The position numbers were made by a program, and so were the translations under genes. 64,000 bases of DNA, from NCBI GenBank assembly GCA_963666515.2, contig OY762897.2:2720001-2784000 (forward strand), written 5' to 3'. The stretch comes from Candidatus Binatia bacterium. GTDB lineage: Bacteria; Desulfobacterota; Binatia; UBA9968; JAJDTQ01. Below, one piece after another: positions 23,554-33,350 of the stretch. Position 1 is the first letter of the stretch, and every line of letters starts with the position of its first letter. The notes below the pieces were generated by a model. It was not told the DNA's origin, ran no database searches, and worked only from the letters and a program-made list of their open reading frames with translations.

Positions 23554-23629
23554 GTCATTCCGGCGGAAGCCGGAATCCAGAAAGCCTCATCATTCACCGG
23601 CTCTGGATTCCGGCTTACGCCGGAATGAC
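23554..23629. repeat. Inverted pair of REP-like palindromes
   Basis: gtcattccggcggaagccggaatccag ... ctggattccggcttacgccggaatgac. Confidence 0.85.
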
Positions 23630-23715
23630 GGATGCGGCAATTGCAGTCGATTCTCATGGCGTCACGGTTCCGGTGCCGGTGGCCTGTTCGATTGATTGGG
23701 CACTGCCCAAGATGG

Positions 23716-24990
23716 TCAACCCAGGTAGCGGGTCAGGAACAGCGACAGCTCCGGGATGTAGGTGACGATGAGCAGCGCCACGATGTTGATGACGATGAAC
23801 GGCGCCAGCCCCGGGTAGATGCTGGTGAGCGGCGCCTTGAACAGCGCCTGGGTGACGAAGATGTTCAGCCCGAAGGGCGGCGTGAACATGCCGACGGCTA
23901 GGTTCACGGTCATGATGATGCCGAAATGGACCAGGTCCACGCCGATGGCCACGGCGATGGGCGCGAGCAGCGGCGTGAGCACGAGGATCGCGGAGGCGGG
24001 ATCGAGCAGGCAGCCCACGAACAGCAGGAAGACGTTGATGGCCAGCAACAACATCCACGGCGGCAGGTCCATGTCCCGGATCGCTCCGACCATGCTTTGC
24101 GGCGCCCCGCTGATGGTCAGGAGCTGCGAGAAGACCCCGGCCGCGGCCACGATGATCAGCACCTGGGCCGTCAGGTACATGGAGTTGACCGACACCTCCC
24201 AGATCCCTTTCCAGCCGATGTCGCCGTAGATGAAACGCGTCACGACGATGGCGTAGACGCAGGCGATGCCGGCCGCTTCGGTGGGCGAGAAGACGCCCGC
24301 GTAGATGCCGCCGAGGATGATGACCGGCATGCCCAAGGCCCACACGCCTTCCCTGCTGGCCGCCAGGAACTCCCGGAACGAGAACCCCGAAGCCTCACGG
24401 ATCCCTCGCCTCACGGCGAACACGTAGATGTAGGCCGCCATCAGCAGCGCCATGATCAGGCCGGGGACGATGCCGGCCACGAACAGCAGCACCACCGACT
24501 CCTGCGCCGACACGCCGTAGAGGATCATGCCGATGGACGGCGGTATCACGATGGCGATGGAGCCCGAGGACGTCAGCAGGCCGGTGGAGAACTTCTCGTC
24601 GTAGCCGGCGTCCCGGAGCGGCCGGTAGAGCAGCCGCCCGACCGCGGCCACGGTAGCGGGGCTGGAGCCGGAAATGGCGCCGAAGACGGTGCAGGTCCCC
24701 ACCGCGGTCAGCGCCAGGCTGCCGCGCACGCCGCCGATGACGGCGAGCACCCAGGCGACGATGCGCCTGGAGATGCCGCCCCGGCCCATGAGATCGCCTG
24801 CGAAGATGAAGAACGGCACCGCCATCAGGGCGAACTTGTCGACGCTGCCGAACATGTTGATGTGCACCGCCATGGGCGGTACCGGCGCGAACAGCAGCAG
24901 CACGATGGCGGACGTGGCCAGGAGGATGACGAAGATCGGGAATCCCAGCAAGAGCAGGACCACCGGCACGAGCGCCATCACCCATTCCAC
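23716..24990 (-). CDS. dctM: TRAP transporter large permease
   Basis: LMAVPFFIFAGDLM, FGAISGSS, VIPPSI, FSPTEAA, TPPFGLNIF. Start 24990 (GTG) or 24978. Confidence 0.93.
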   Translation of the reverse strand: MEWVMALVPVVLLLLGFPIFVILLATSAIVLLLFAPVPPMAVHINMFGSVDKFALMAVPFFIFAGDLMGRGGISRRIVAWVLAVIGGVRGSLALTAVGTCTVFGAISGSSPATVAAVGRLLYRPLRDAGYDEKFSTGLLTSSGSIAIVIPPSIGMILYGVSAQESVVLLFVAGIVPGLIMALLMAAYIYVFAVRRGIREASGFSFREFLAASREGVWALGMPVIILGGIYAGVFSPTEAAGIACVYAIVVTRFIYGDIGWKGIWEVSVNSMYLTAQVLIIVAAAGVFSQLLTISGAPQSMVGAIRDMDLPPWMLLLAINVFLLFVGCLLDPASAILVLTPLLAPIAVAIGVDLVHFGIIMTVNLAVGMFTPPFGLNIFVTQALFKAPLTSIYPGLAPFIVINIVALLIVTYIPELSLFLTRYLG

Positions 24991-25008
24991 GCGATCATCC
25001 CATTCGTT

Positions 25009-25033
25009 GTAGGGGCGGGTTTCAAACCCGCCC
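25009..25033 (+). repeat. GTAG-type REP element
   Basis: GTAGGGGCGGGTTTCAAACCCGCCC; a half copy on the minus strand at 26701-26715 overlaps the coxG stop. Confidence 0.75.
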
Positions 25034-25079
25034 GTGCCCGCACGGCACGCCCGTCGTGCGCGCGGAGCCAAACCCGCCG

Positions 25080-25601
25080 TCAGGAGTCATCCGGCCCACC
25101 GCCGAACCGGTCCGCGACCTCGCCGCCGAACTCGCCCTTCACGTACGAGCGGAATCGCAGGATCACCGCCAGGAACATGAGCACGAAGCCCGCCAGCACG
25201 GCGAAGTGCGGTATCACCAGGGGAATCTCGGCGACGACGCTGCGCTGGCCGAAGTTCCACATAAGCTTCAGCACGGTCCAGGTCTGGGGAATGACGAAGA
25301 CGCAGACGGCGAGGAACGCGAGCGTGGCGATGCCGTTGATGATCTGCTTCCAGGGCGAGGGCAGCATGATGGAGAAGAAGTCCATCTTGAGGTGCTGCCC
25401 CTCGAAGGAGACCAGGACCGCGCCCATGAAGACCGTCCAGACCATGATGTAGACCATGGCCTCGTCGGCCCAGATGAGGGGTTGGAGGAAGACGTACCGC
25501 CCGATGACGTTGGCGAAGTTGACGGCGATGCCGGCGAGGATCAGCGCGCCGACGATCGCCCTCGGCACCGTCACGATGACGAAGCGGAGAGGCCCCGTCA
25601 C
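25080..25601 (-). CDS. dctQ: TRAP transporter small permease
   Basis: NVIGRYVF, WADE, VFMGA, HLKMDFF; four TM segments. Confidence 0.9.
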   Translation of the reverse strand: MTGPLRFVIVTVPRAIVGALILAGIAVNFANVIGRYVFLQPLIWADEAMVYIMVWTVFMGAVLVSFEGQHLKMDFFSIMLPSPWKQIINGIATLAFLAVCVFVIPQTWTVLKLMWNFGQRSVVAEIPLVIPHFAVLAGFVLMFLAVILRFRSYVKGEFGGEVADRFGGGPDDS

Positions 25602-25608
25602 GGATGCC

Positions 25609-26628
25609 TCAGCCGCCCCGGGTGCGTCCGGCCGCCTCCTTCATGACGCGGTAGGTCTCCAGCACCGCGGGGCGGTCCTTCAGCACGTCGTCGCCCACGG
25701 TGGAAAGACGCTTCCGCAACTCCGCCTGGTCCTCGGACGACAACTCGGCCAGCTCGCCGCCGGCCTTGGTCCAGATGCCGTACATGCGCTCGACGAACTT
25801 GAGGGTCCAGGCCTGGTTGAGGGGATCGGTGGCCAGCGCCTGGTCCAGGATCGCCTTCTGGAGGTCGGGAGCCAGCTTGTCGAACCACACCTTGCTCACG
25901 AAGCGGCCGCTGCAGATCAGCCCCTCGCCGGGCTTCAGCACGTACTTGGCGATGCGCTGGTACTTGAACGGCACGAAGATGGTGATGCCCGCCTTGTTGC
26001 CGTCGATGGTCTTCTGCTGGATCGCCGGCACCACCTCGGAAAGCGGCATGGGCACGCCCGCGGCGCCGAGCCGGCGCAGGGTTTCGATCTCCAGCTTGCT
26101 GCCGAAGACCCGGAGCTTGCGGCCCTTGAACTCCGAGAGCTTGCGGATCGGCGTCGAGGTGGCGTAGTCGGTGGGCGCGTCGCAGGTCATGCTGACGAGC
26201 TTGAGGCCCTTGGCGTCGCCGATGGACCAGTACGCCTTCTTGAACGCGGGATCGTGCACGGTGCGGAAACCGTGCATGAGATCCTCGAAGATGCCGGGAG
26301 CCGACAGCACCCCGAAGCGCGGGTCCACCCCGGACAGAAACGCCGGCGGCGTCATGGTCATCTCGATGGTGCCCAATTGGACGCCCTGCACCATGGCCGG
26401 TATCGCTCCCAACTGGCTGAGCGGATAGACCTCCACCTTGATGCGGTCGCCGACCCGCTTGGCGAGGCCGGCCTTGAAGGTGTCGGCCCAGTTGTCGTAC
26501 GCCCCCTTGGTGGTGGCGTGACCGATCTTCATGGTGACGGATTGCGCCGCCGCCGGCGCGGCCAGCAGCATGACGGCCGCGAGGGTCGCGGCCACGGAAG
26601 AAAGAATCAGACGGAGTTTCAACATCAT
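25609..26628 (-). CDS. dctP: TRAP transporter substrate-binding protein
   Basis: Signal peptide; VYPLSQLG, FKGRKLRV, LGAAGVPMPLSEV, QQKTIDG. Confidence 0.93.
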   Translation of the reverse strand: MMLKLRLILSSVAATLAAVMLLAAPAAAQSVTMKIGHATTKGAYDNWADTFKAGLAKRVGDRIKVEVYPLSQLGAIPAMVQGVQLGTIEMTMTPPAFLSGVDPRFGVLSAPGIFEDLMHGFRTVHDPAFKKAYWSIGDAKGLKLVSMTCDAPTDYATSTPIRKLSEFKGRKLRVFGSKLEIETLRRLGAAGVPMPLSEVVPAIQQKTIDGNKAGITIFVPFKYQRIAKYVLKPGEGLICSGRFVSKVWFDKLAPDLQKAILDQALATDPLNQAWTLKFVERMYGIWTKAGGELAELSSEDQAELRKRLSTVGDDVLKDRPAVLETYRVMKEAAGRTRGG

Positions 26629-26711
26629 TGACCTCCCTGTGAAATGTCTTCCGAAACGGGGGCGCGATTACACCACAAATCCCGGCGTGCAACAAGATTA
26701 GAAACCCGCCC

Positions 26712-27146
26712 CTACACGAAGCCCTCCATCTTCTTGAAGAACTGGTCCACCATCATCTTGCCGACCCCGCCCAGCATGCGCTGGCCCACGCCGGCGATCA
26801 GGCCGCCGATCTTGGCGTCGGTGCTGTACCGGAGGGTGGTGCCGGAGTCCCCGTTCTCCTCCAGGTCGATGACCAGGTCGCCCTGCATGAATCCCGGGCC
26901 GCCGGAGCCGGAGCCGCTCAGCACGTAGTGGCTGGGGGCCTGCTTCTCCTTGACCGCGACCTTGGCCTTGTAGCTGCCCTTGACCGCGGCGATGCCGACC
27001 TTGACCGTGGCCTCGTACTGGTCCGGGCCGATCTCCTCCATGCTCTCGCAGCCGGGCATGCACTGGGCCATGATCTGCGGGTCCTGCAGGATATCCCAGA
27101 CCCGCTCGCGCGGCGCGTTGAACTGATAGCTGCCTTCGATCTTCAT
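26712..27146 (-). CDS. coxG: CoxG / SRPBCC family protein
   Basis: APRERVWDILQDP...CMPGCE...GGLIAGVGQRM. Confidence 0.85.
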   Translation of the reverse strand: MKIEGSYQFNAPRERVWDILQDPQIMAQCMPGCESMEEIGPDQYEATVKVGIAAVKGSYKAKVAVKEKQAPSHYVLSGSGSGGPGFMQGDLVIDLEENGDSGTTLRYSTDAKIGGLIAGVGQRMLGGVGKMMVDQFFKKMEGFV

Positions 27147-27157
27147 GAACTCCTCTC

Positions 27158-28135
27158 CTACTTGAGGACCTTCTTGAAGACGTCGGCGTTGTCCTCGATC
27201 AGCTTGAACATGGTCTCCATCACCGGCAGCCAGTCGTCGCCGTAGACGCCCGAGGTCTTGGCCCTCATGCTCTTGAACGCCGCCTGGGTCTCGGGGTCCT
27301 CGATGGACTCGCGGAAGGCTTTGATCAGCACCGCCATGCGGTCCTTGGGCATCTTGGGAGGCGCCGCCACCACGCGGTTGGCCGCCAGCACGCTCAACTG
27401 CGGAAAGCCAAGCTCGCCCACGGTGGGGACGTCCGGGTGCCTGGGGTCACGCTTGTCCAGGTAGACCCAGGTCGGGACCATGGAGCCGTCCTTGATGAAC
27501 GCCATCTGGCCCGGAGAGTCCAGTCCCAGGGCGCGGGCGTGCCCCTCGCCGCGCACGATGGCCATGTTGGAAGCCGGCGCGCCGGCGTAGCCCATGATGA
27601 ACTTGGGCTTGAAACCCATGGTCGCCGCGGTGAGCGCGGAATTGACCCAGCCGGTGGTGCCGTAGCCCGATTCGGTGATGAGCACTTCCTTCCTCTTGCG
27701 GAAGTCCTCGAGCGTGCGGAGACCGTACTGCTTGCCCGCGGCATAGATATACGGCGCCGCGGAGATGCGGCCGATCCAACTGAACTCCCTGAGCTTGTAC
27801 TGAGTCTTCTTGAACAACTGGCTGACGATGGCGCCGGGCAGGTTGACGATGCCGATGGTGTAGCCGTCGGGCTTGGCCACCGTCAGCAGGTTCCACGAGA
27901 TCACCCCGCCGGCGCCCGGCACGTTGCGGATGATGATGTTGACGCCGAGCTTCTTCCTCATGACCCGGGCCACCGCCCGGCTGTGAAGGTCGAACCCGCC
28001 TCCGGGAGCGGCATTGATCAGCCACGTGATGGTCTTGCTGGGATACTTGTCGTCCTTGGCGGCAAAGGAACCGTGGGACGCCGCCAGCACCAGAAACAGC
28101 GCGGCGAGCACGGCGAACGAAAACCGGCGCATCAT
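27158..28135 (-). CDS. Tripartite tricarboxylate transporter substrate-binding protein (Bug/TctC), orphan
   Basis: YPSKTI, APGGGFD, NVPGAGG, KPDGYTI, PDVPTVGELG. Confidence 0.9.
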   Translation of the reverse strand: MMRRFSFAVLAALFLVLAASHGSFAAKDDKYPSKTITWLINAAPGGGFDLHSRAVARVMRKKLGVNIIIRNVPGAGGVISWNLLTVAKPDGYTIGIVNLPGAIVSQLFKKTQYKLREFSWIGRISAAPYIYAAGKQYGLRTLEDFRKRKEVLITESGYGTTGWVNSALTAATMGFKPKFIMGYAGAPASNMAIVRGEGHARALGLDSPGQMAFIKDGSMVPTWVYLDKRDPRHPDVPTVGELGFPQLSVLAANRVVAAPPKMPKDRMAVLIKAFRESIEDPETQAAFKSMRAKTSGVYGDDWLPVMETMFKLIEDNADVFKKVLK

Positions 28136-28235
28136 GGGAACCTCCTGAAATTGTATTGAAATTTAACTACTTTCCGCACAATGAAGGGCGCAAAGCTACC
28201 ACACGGCTTCGCCGCGTGTCAACGCCGCCGACGGC

Positions 28236-29942
28236 TCAGGACGGGCTCGCGACGGCTCCCAGCCCTTCTTCTGCCACGGAGGTGATGGACGAGAGCCTCA
28301 GCATGACTCGGGTGGTGGCCCCCTTGCCGATACCGTCGCTCAGCAACTCGATCCGTCCACCCGATCCAATGACGAAATTGGCCGCGGAATGGAGACCGAG
28401 GCCGGTCCCCGAATCTTTCGTGGTGTAGCCCGCGGCAAAGAGCGTCCGTGTGTCCGTCCCGGCAATGCCGATGCCGTTGTCACTCACGTCGAGCTTCAGG
28501 AAATCCCCGTCGACACAGGCCCGGACATCCACCCGGGGCTTTACTTCCGCGCCACCCGAGCGCGCCAGTTCGTCAACGGCCTCGAGCGAGTTCTTGATCA
28601 GGTTGACCAGCATCTGATGAAACGGACTCTCCTGGATGCGTATCCGTTTCGGCGCCTGCTCGCAGTCCACGTGAATACGGGGCATCCCTTCGCCGTGCAC
28701 GTCCTGCACGACCTTGATGGCGAAGGCGATGGCGCCAGGGAGGTCGATATCCTTCCGAACCATCCCTGAATTGCCGAGGGCCTTCTGCGTGCGGACGATG
28801 TCGGCTATGTGGTTGGCCCTGTCGCTGACGCGATCGACGGTCCTCAACAACTTCCGGTGCATCTCCTCAAAGTCGCCGGCGAGGGCGATGATGAACGGCC
28901 GCACGTTTCTTCCCTGGGGGTTGCGGTCGAGGTAGTCGAGCCAGTCGTCTCCGTGGGCCTTGACGGCATCCGCCAAGGCGCCGATACGGGCCACGAGGCG
29001 GTTTTTCACGAACTGACGCCGCAACGTATCGACTCCCGTCGTCACGCTGTTGATGGCGTTGCCGATGTTGTGCAGGATGGTTTCGACCATCTCCAGACGC
29101 CCCTGTGCAAACGCCCGCGTCAACTCCTCTTCGGCGATCATCCGATCGGTGACGTCGTGGCAGGTCATGACGGCCCCCCGGATTCCGCCGAATTCGTGCC
29201 GGAGCGGCCTCGCGCTGAACCGGATATAGCTGCCGCCGTTCACCCGTCCCGGCCGTTTCAGGAAAAGGACTTGGTCATCGACGGACTCGCCTTTCAAGAT
29301 TGCGCGCGGAAGCGGGAGGTCTTCCGCCACGACCGGCGTCACGCGGTCGGGAAAAAAATAGACCTTTGCCGCTTCCTCCCACCACTTGCCCTGCCGCCTG
29401 ATGATGAATTCCTCGCCCAGAATTTCCTTGGCGCGCGGATTGCCGTACAAACACTCTCCGCTCTCCGAACCGACCACAATGCCATCCTGGATGCTGTCGC
29501 AAACGGTCTGCAGCAGCTCGCGCTGTTCCCTCACCTCATTCATGAAAGCCGGGACCTTGCTGTCTTCCCGCCGGTAACGAAAAAGGGCTGTCTGGATGTC
29601 CAGGTGCAATTGCCGTTCCTCGACGGGTTTGAGCGTGAAGCCGAAGGGCTGGCCCGTGTGCGCCGGCTCGAACAGCTCGCCGTAGACGCCGTCCACCAGG
29701 CAGATCACGGGAATGTCGAACCGGCTCCCGATCCGCTCGGCCTCCTTGCTCACGTCCGCTTGCGGGTCGAGGTCGATCAAGGCCACATCGGGAGCGGCTT
29801 CGGCGGTGCGCTCGACCGCCTGCCGGGAGCTGGGAACCATGGCGCACACCACGTAGCCCAGACGTTGCAGGCATTTCTCCAGTCGTCGGGACTCGGCATC
29901 GTCGTCCCGCGCCACCACCAGTACCCGTGCATTCGTCATCAC
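28236..29942 (-). CDS. Cytoplasmic hybrid histidine kinase (REC-PAS-HisKA-HATPase)
   Basis: PDVALID/LKP receiver motifs, ILHNIGN H-box, NLIKNS, DNGIG, GTGLGL. Confidence 0.88.
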   Translation of the reverse strand: MMTNARVLVVARDDDAESRRLEKCLQRLGYVVCAMVPSSRQAVERTAEAAPDVALIDLDPQADVSKEAERIGSRFDIPVICLVDGVYGELFEPAHTGQPFGFTLKPVEERQLHLDIQTALFRYRREDSKVPAFMNEVREQRELLQTVCDSIQDGIVVGSESGECLYGNPRAKEILGEEFIIRRQGKWWEEAAKVYFFPDRVTPVVAEDLPLPRAILKGESVDDQVLFLKRPGRVNGGSYIRFSARPLRHEFGGIRGAVMTCHDVTDRMIAEEELTRAFAQGRLEMVETILHNIGNAINSVTTGVDTLRRQFVKNRLVARIGALADAVKAHGDDWLDYLDRNPQGRNVRPFIIALAGDFEEMHRKLLRTVDRVSDRANHIADIVRTQKALGNSGMVRKDIDLPGAIAFAIKVVQDVHGEGMPRIHVDCEQAPKRIRIQESPFHQMLVNLIKNSLEAVDELARSGGAEVKPRVDVRACVDGDFLKLDVSDNGIGIAGTDTRTLFAAGYTTKDSGTGLGLHSAANFVIGSGGRIELLSDGIGKGATTRVMLRLSSITSVAEEGLGAVASPS

Positions 29943-30080
29943 GTTCTCCGCGCGCCTCGCACTTCAGAACGGCCGGAACGAACGTCTACAGCTTGAGGCA
30001 GCGCAGGTCCTCATCCTCGCTGGGGGCATTGCCATCTCCCTTCCCCTGTGTCACCTTGGTCGCGTCCGTCCGGGTAGCCT

Positions 30081-31172
30081 ATGGCACAGCCGGATACGTG
30101 TCAACTAGCCTTAAAACCTGACGTTTCGCCTCGGCCAGACGCGCGCGTCGGACCCTTGGAGACCGTTTTGCCGCCGTCCGCTGACAGCGCCCGGAACCCC
30201 GCCGCCGGCCCCGTAGCGGAAGACGCCGCGCGCCCGGTCACCACTGCCCGGTGGCTGGGCTACCGCGTGTGTGAAGGGCTCTGGCGGCTCCTTGTCCAAT
30301 TCATGAAGGTGATGCCGCCGGGGCCGTTCCGGCGCCTGTGCACGCCGCTCCTCAGGATGCTGGTTGTTTGCGCCGTTTCGCGCCGGCGCATCGTCGCCGT
30401 GATGGACGCGGCCTTCGGCGATTCGTACACGCCCGCGGCCAAGCGGGGCCTGGCGAAGGGCGTCCAGCAGCGGATGGCGGAGAACGTCCTCGATTGCCTC
30501 GTGCAGATGGGCTATCCCGATCGGCTGCGGGAAGTTCTCGACATCCGGGGTATCGAGCATCTGGAGGCAGCCCTGGCCAAGGGCCGCGGGGTCATCGCGC
30601 TGGGCTTCCACCTGGGCAACTTCATCCTTCTCACGGCCGCCATGGGAGTCGCCGGGCACCGGGTCCACGGCCTGATGCGCTTCTTCGACGACGAAAGGCT
30701 CATGGACCTGGTGCGCCGCCACAGCCGGTCGTTCCACACCGTGCTCATCCCTTCCCTTCCCCGCCGCCGGGCCGTAGGGAGCATCCTGGCCGCCCTCCGG
30801 GACAACCGCATCGTCGTCATGCTGGCCGACAACCTCAAGCGCGGCGAACTGGAAACCACCCTCTTCGGGCAGCCCGTGCGGACGGCCCGGGGATTCGTCA
30901 GCCTGGCGCTACGGACGCGCGCAGCGGTGGTGCCGGTCTACCTGGTGCGCGGCGGCGACGGCCGATTGCAGCTCGTCATCGAGCCGGAAATGGAGATGGC
31001 CCGCACCGGCGACCTGGCCGCCGACCTGGTCGCCAACACCGAGCGCATCATGGGGCTGCTGGAAGACCTAGTCCGACGCTATCCGGATCAATGGTACTGG
31101 CTCACGGTCAGGCTGGGGCGGGAATCAGGCGGAGGCGAGAGCCGGCCCGCGGCGCCGAAGGACGTTGCTTGA
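30081..31172 (+). CDS. Lipid A lauroyl/lysophospholipid acyltransferase family (LpxL-like)
   Basis: GIEHLEAALAKGRGVI, HLGNF, MLAD, LFG, VRRYPDQWYW. Start uncertain. Confidence 0.82.
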   Translation: MAQPDTCQLALKPDVSPRPDARVGPLETVLPPSADSARNPAAGPVAEDAARPVTTARWLGYRVCEGLWRLLVQFMKVMPPGPFRRLCTPLLRMLVVCAVSRRRIVAVMDAAFGDSYTPAAKRGLAKGVQQRMAENVLDCLVQMGYPDRLREVLDIRGIEHLEAALAKGRGVIALGFHLGNFILLTAAMGVAGHRVHGLMRFFDDERLMDLVRRHSRSFHTVLIPSLPRRRAVGSILAALRDNRIVVMLADNLKRGELETTLFGQPVRTARGFVSLALRTRAAVVPVYLVRGGDGRLQLVIEPEMEMARTGDLAADLVANTERIMGLLEDLVRRYPDQWYWLTVRLGRESGGGESRPAAPKDVA

Positions 31173-31220
31173 GACCCCCGGAAGGCAATGGTAGAGTTCC
31201 CTTGGAGCCCGTCCATCCCC

Positions 31221-31267
31221 CTGGATTCCCGCTTGCGCGGGAATGACGGAGCGGATGCGGGAATGAC
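31221..31267. repeat. REP-like palindrome plus a partial second arm
   Basis: ctggattcccgcttgcgcgggaatgac followed by gcgggaatgac. Confidence 0.75.
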
Positions 31268-31300
31268 GAGATCGGGGCACGGAAGACAAAGGAGCTATTC

Positions 31301-32335
31301 ATGCAAAGCGGATCCGAGGGTCCCTGGGGGCGCCGTCAGCAGAGCGGGCCCGATTGGGAGGACCTGCTCTCCCGGTTGCCCCAGTTGCCCGGTTTCCTGA
31401 AGTCGGGGGTGCCCTTTCTCATCGCAGGGGCCATTGCCGTCATCTGGCTGGCGAGCGGCTTCTACACCATCCAGCCCGGCGAGGAAGGGGTCGTCACGCG
31501 GTTCGGCAAGGTGGCGCGCATCTCCACCGCCGGCCTCAACTACCACATTCCCTGGCCCATCGAGGAGTTGCGGAAGGTCAACGTGGCGGAGATCCGCCGG
31601 CTGGAGGTGGGTTTCCGCAGCAATCCGCTGCGACCGAACCTCGTGCGCCTCATTCCGCAGGAATCGCTGATGCTTACCGGCGACGAGAACATCGTCAGCG
31701 CGCAACTCACCGTGCAGTACCGGGTCAAGAACCCCGAACAGTTCCTGTTCAAGCTGCGGGATCCCGTGACCACGCTGCAGGCGGCCACCGAGGTGGCGCT
31801 GCGCAGCCGCGTCGGCAACACCACCATCGAGGAGGTCCTCACGGTGGGGCGTGACCGGGTGCAGACCGAGACCCAGGAGTTCCTGCAACAGCTCATGGAC
31901 ACCTACGAGTCGGGGATCCAGATCACCGAGGTGAAGCTCCAGACCGTGGAGGCCCCCAGCCAGGTCAAGGACGCCTTCGACGAGGTGGTGCGGGCGCGTG
32001 AGGACCGCGAGAAGCTCATCAACCAGGCGCGGGGCTACCGCGAAGACCTCATCCCCAAGGCCCGAGGCGAGGTCCAGGAGATCGTCCAGGCGGCGGAGGC
32101 CTACAAGGAGGAGCGGACCTTGAGGGCCAAGGGTGACGGCTCCCGGTTCAACGCGGTCCTGACGGAATACCGCAAGGCGCCACGGGTGACCCGGGAGCGG
32201 ATGCACCTCGAGGCCATCGAGCGTGTGCTCCCCAACGTCGACAAGATCATCGTGGACGCGCAGGGGGCAAAGAACGTGGTGCCGCTGCTGCCGCTCAAGA
32301 ACATGTCGGGACTTCCGGGAGTGGGAGGCAAGTGA
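31301..32335 (+). CDS. hflK: FtsH modulator HflK
   Basis: WLASGFYTI, MLTGDENIV, VKDAFDEV, EYRKAPRVTRERM. Confidence 0.95.
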   Translation: MQSGSEGPWGRRQQSGPDWEDLLSRLPQLPGFLKSGVPFLIAGAIAVIWLASGFYTIQPGEEGVVTRFGKVARISTAGLNYHIPWPIEELRKVNVAEIRRLEVGFRSNPLRPNLVRLIPQESLMLTGDENIVSAQLTVQYRVKNPEQFLFKLRDPVTTLQAATEVALRSRVGNTTIEEVLTVGRDRVQTETQEFLQQLMDTYESGIQITEVKLQTVEAPSQVKDAFDEVVRAREDREKLINQARGYREDLIPKARGEVQEIVQAAEAYKEERTLRAKGDGSRFNAVLTEYRKAPRVTRERMHLEAIERVLPNVDKIIVDAQGAKNVVPLLPLKNMSGLPGVGGK

Positions 32336-33333
32336 TGAACCGTTCCTACATCGTCGGCATCATCGTGGGCGCCATCGTGGTGGTCCTGCTGTTCCCGCCC
32401 GTCCGGCCGTTCTTCGTGGTGGGGGAATGGCAGCAGTCCATCGTCACCCAGTTCGGCAAGTTCAAGCGCGCACTGCGGGAACCCGGGCTTCACTGGAAGA
32501 CGCCCATCGTAGAAGACGTCACCATGTACGAGCGTCGTATTCTCGCCAGCGACGCGCAACCCAGGGACTACCTCACCCTGGACAAGAAGCGCGTGGTGGT
32601 GGACCACGTGACCCGGTGGCAGATCAGCGATCCCTTCCAGTTCTTCAAGACCGCCCTGACCGAGCAGCGGGGACGGCTGCTGCTGGACGACATCGTGTTC
32701 TCCGAATTGCGCCAGGAGCTGGCGTCGCGGAACTTCGCCGACATCATCGCGGGCCAGCGGGAGGCGGCCATGGAGGCCGTGGCCAAACGCTCCGCGGAAA
32801 AGGCCAAGAGCGAGTACGGCGTCACCGTGGTCGACGTCCGGGTCAAACGCGCGGACCTCCCCTCCGAGGTGCAGACGAGCGTTTTCGAGCGCATGCGCGC
32901 GGAACGCGAGCGCATCGCCAAGCGCTACCGCTCGGAGGGCGAGGAGGAGTCCAAGAAGATTCGCGCCCTGACCGACAAGGAAAAGACGATTCTCCTGGCG
33001 GAAGCCTACCGCCAGAGCCAGAAGCTGCGCGGCGAGGGTGACGGCGCAGCCACGGCCATCTACGCCGCCTCGTACGGACAGGACCCCGAGTTCTACAGCT
33101 TCACCCGGAGCCTGGAGGCCTACGAGAAGTTCCTGCCGGAGAAGAGCACCGCCATCCTGTCGGAAGAGTCGCGCCTGTTCCGGCACCTGGGCAGCGCCCA
33201 GCTCGGCGGTCTCCCGGAGGTGCCGGACGCGGCTGCGCCGGCCGCTGCCCCGGCGCCCGTTCCCACCCCGGACACGGGGGCCAAGGAAGCCAAAGCCGCG
33301 GAGACAACGGGCACGGAAACCAAGGGCATGTAG
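32335..33333 (+). CDS. hflC: FtsH modulator HflC
   Basis: PGLHWKTP, VRVKRADLP, RMRAERERIA, DPEFYSFTRSLEAY. Confidence 0.95.
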   Translation: MNRSYIVGIIVGAIVVVLLFPPVRPFFVVGEWQQSIVTQFGKFKRALREPGLHWKTPIVEDVTMYERRILASDAQPRDYLTLDKKRVVVDHVTRWQISDPFQFFKTALTEQRGRLLLDDIVFSELRQELASRNFADIIAGQREAAMEAVAKRSAEKAKSEYGVTVVDVRVKRADLPSEVQTSVFERMRAERERIAKRYRSEGEEESKKIRALTDKEKTILLAEAYRQSQKLRGEGDGAATAIYAASYGQDPEFYSFTRSLEAYEKFLPEKSTAILSEESRLFRHLGSAQLGGLPEVPDAAAPAAAPAPVPTPDTGAKEAKAAETTGTETKGM

Positions 33334-33350
33334 GCCAGAGGACGAGCAGA

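Noticed and set aside
26712-27146. Aerobic CO dehydrogenase cluster
   Set aside because: Only a coxG-like gene is present; no coxMSL in the window.
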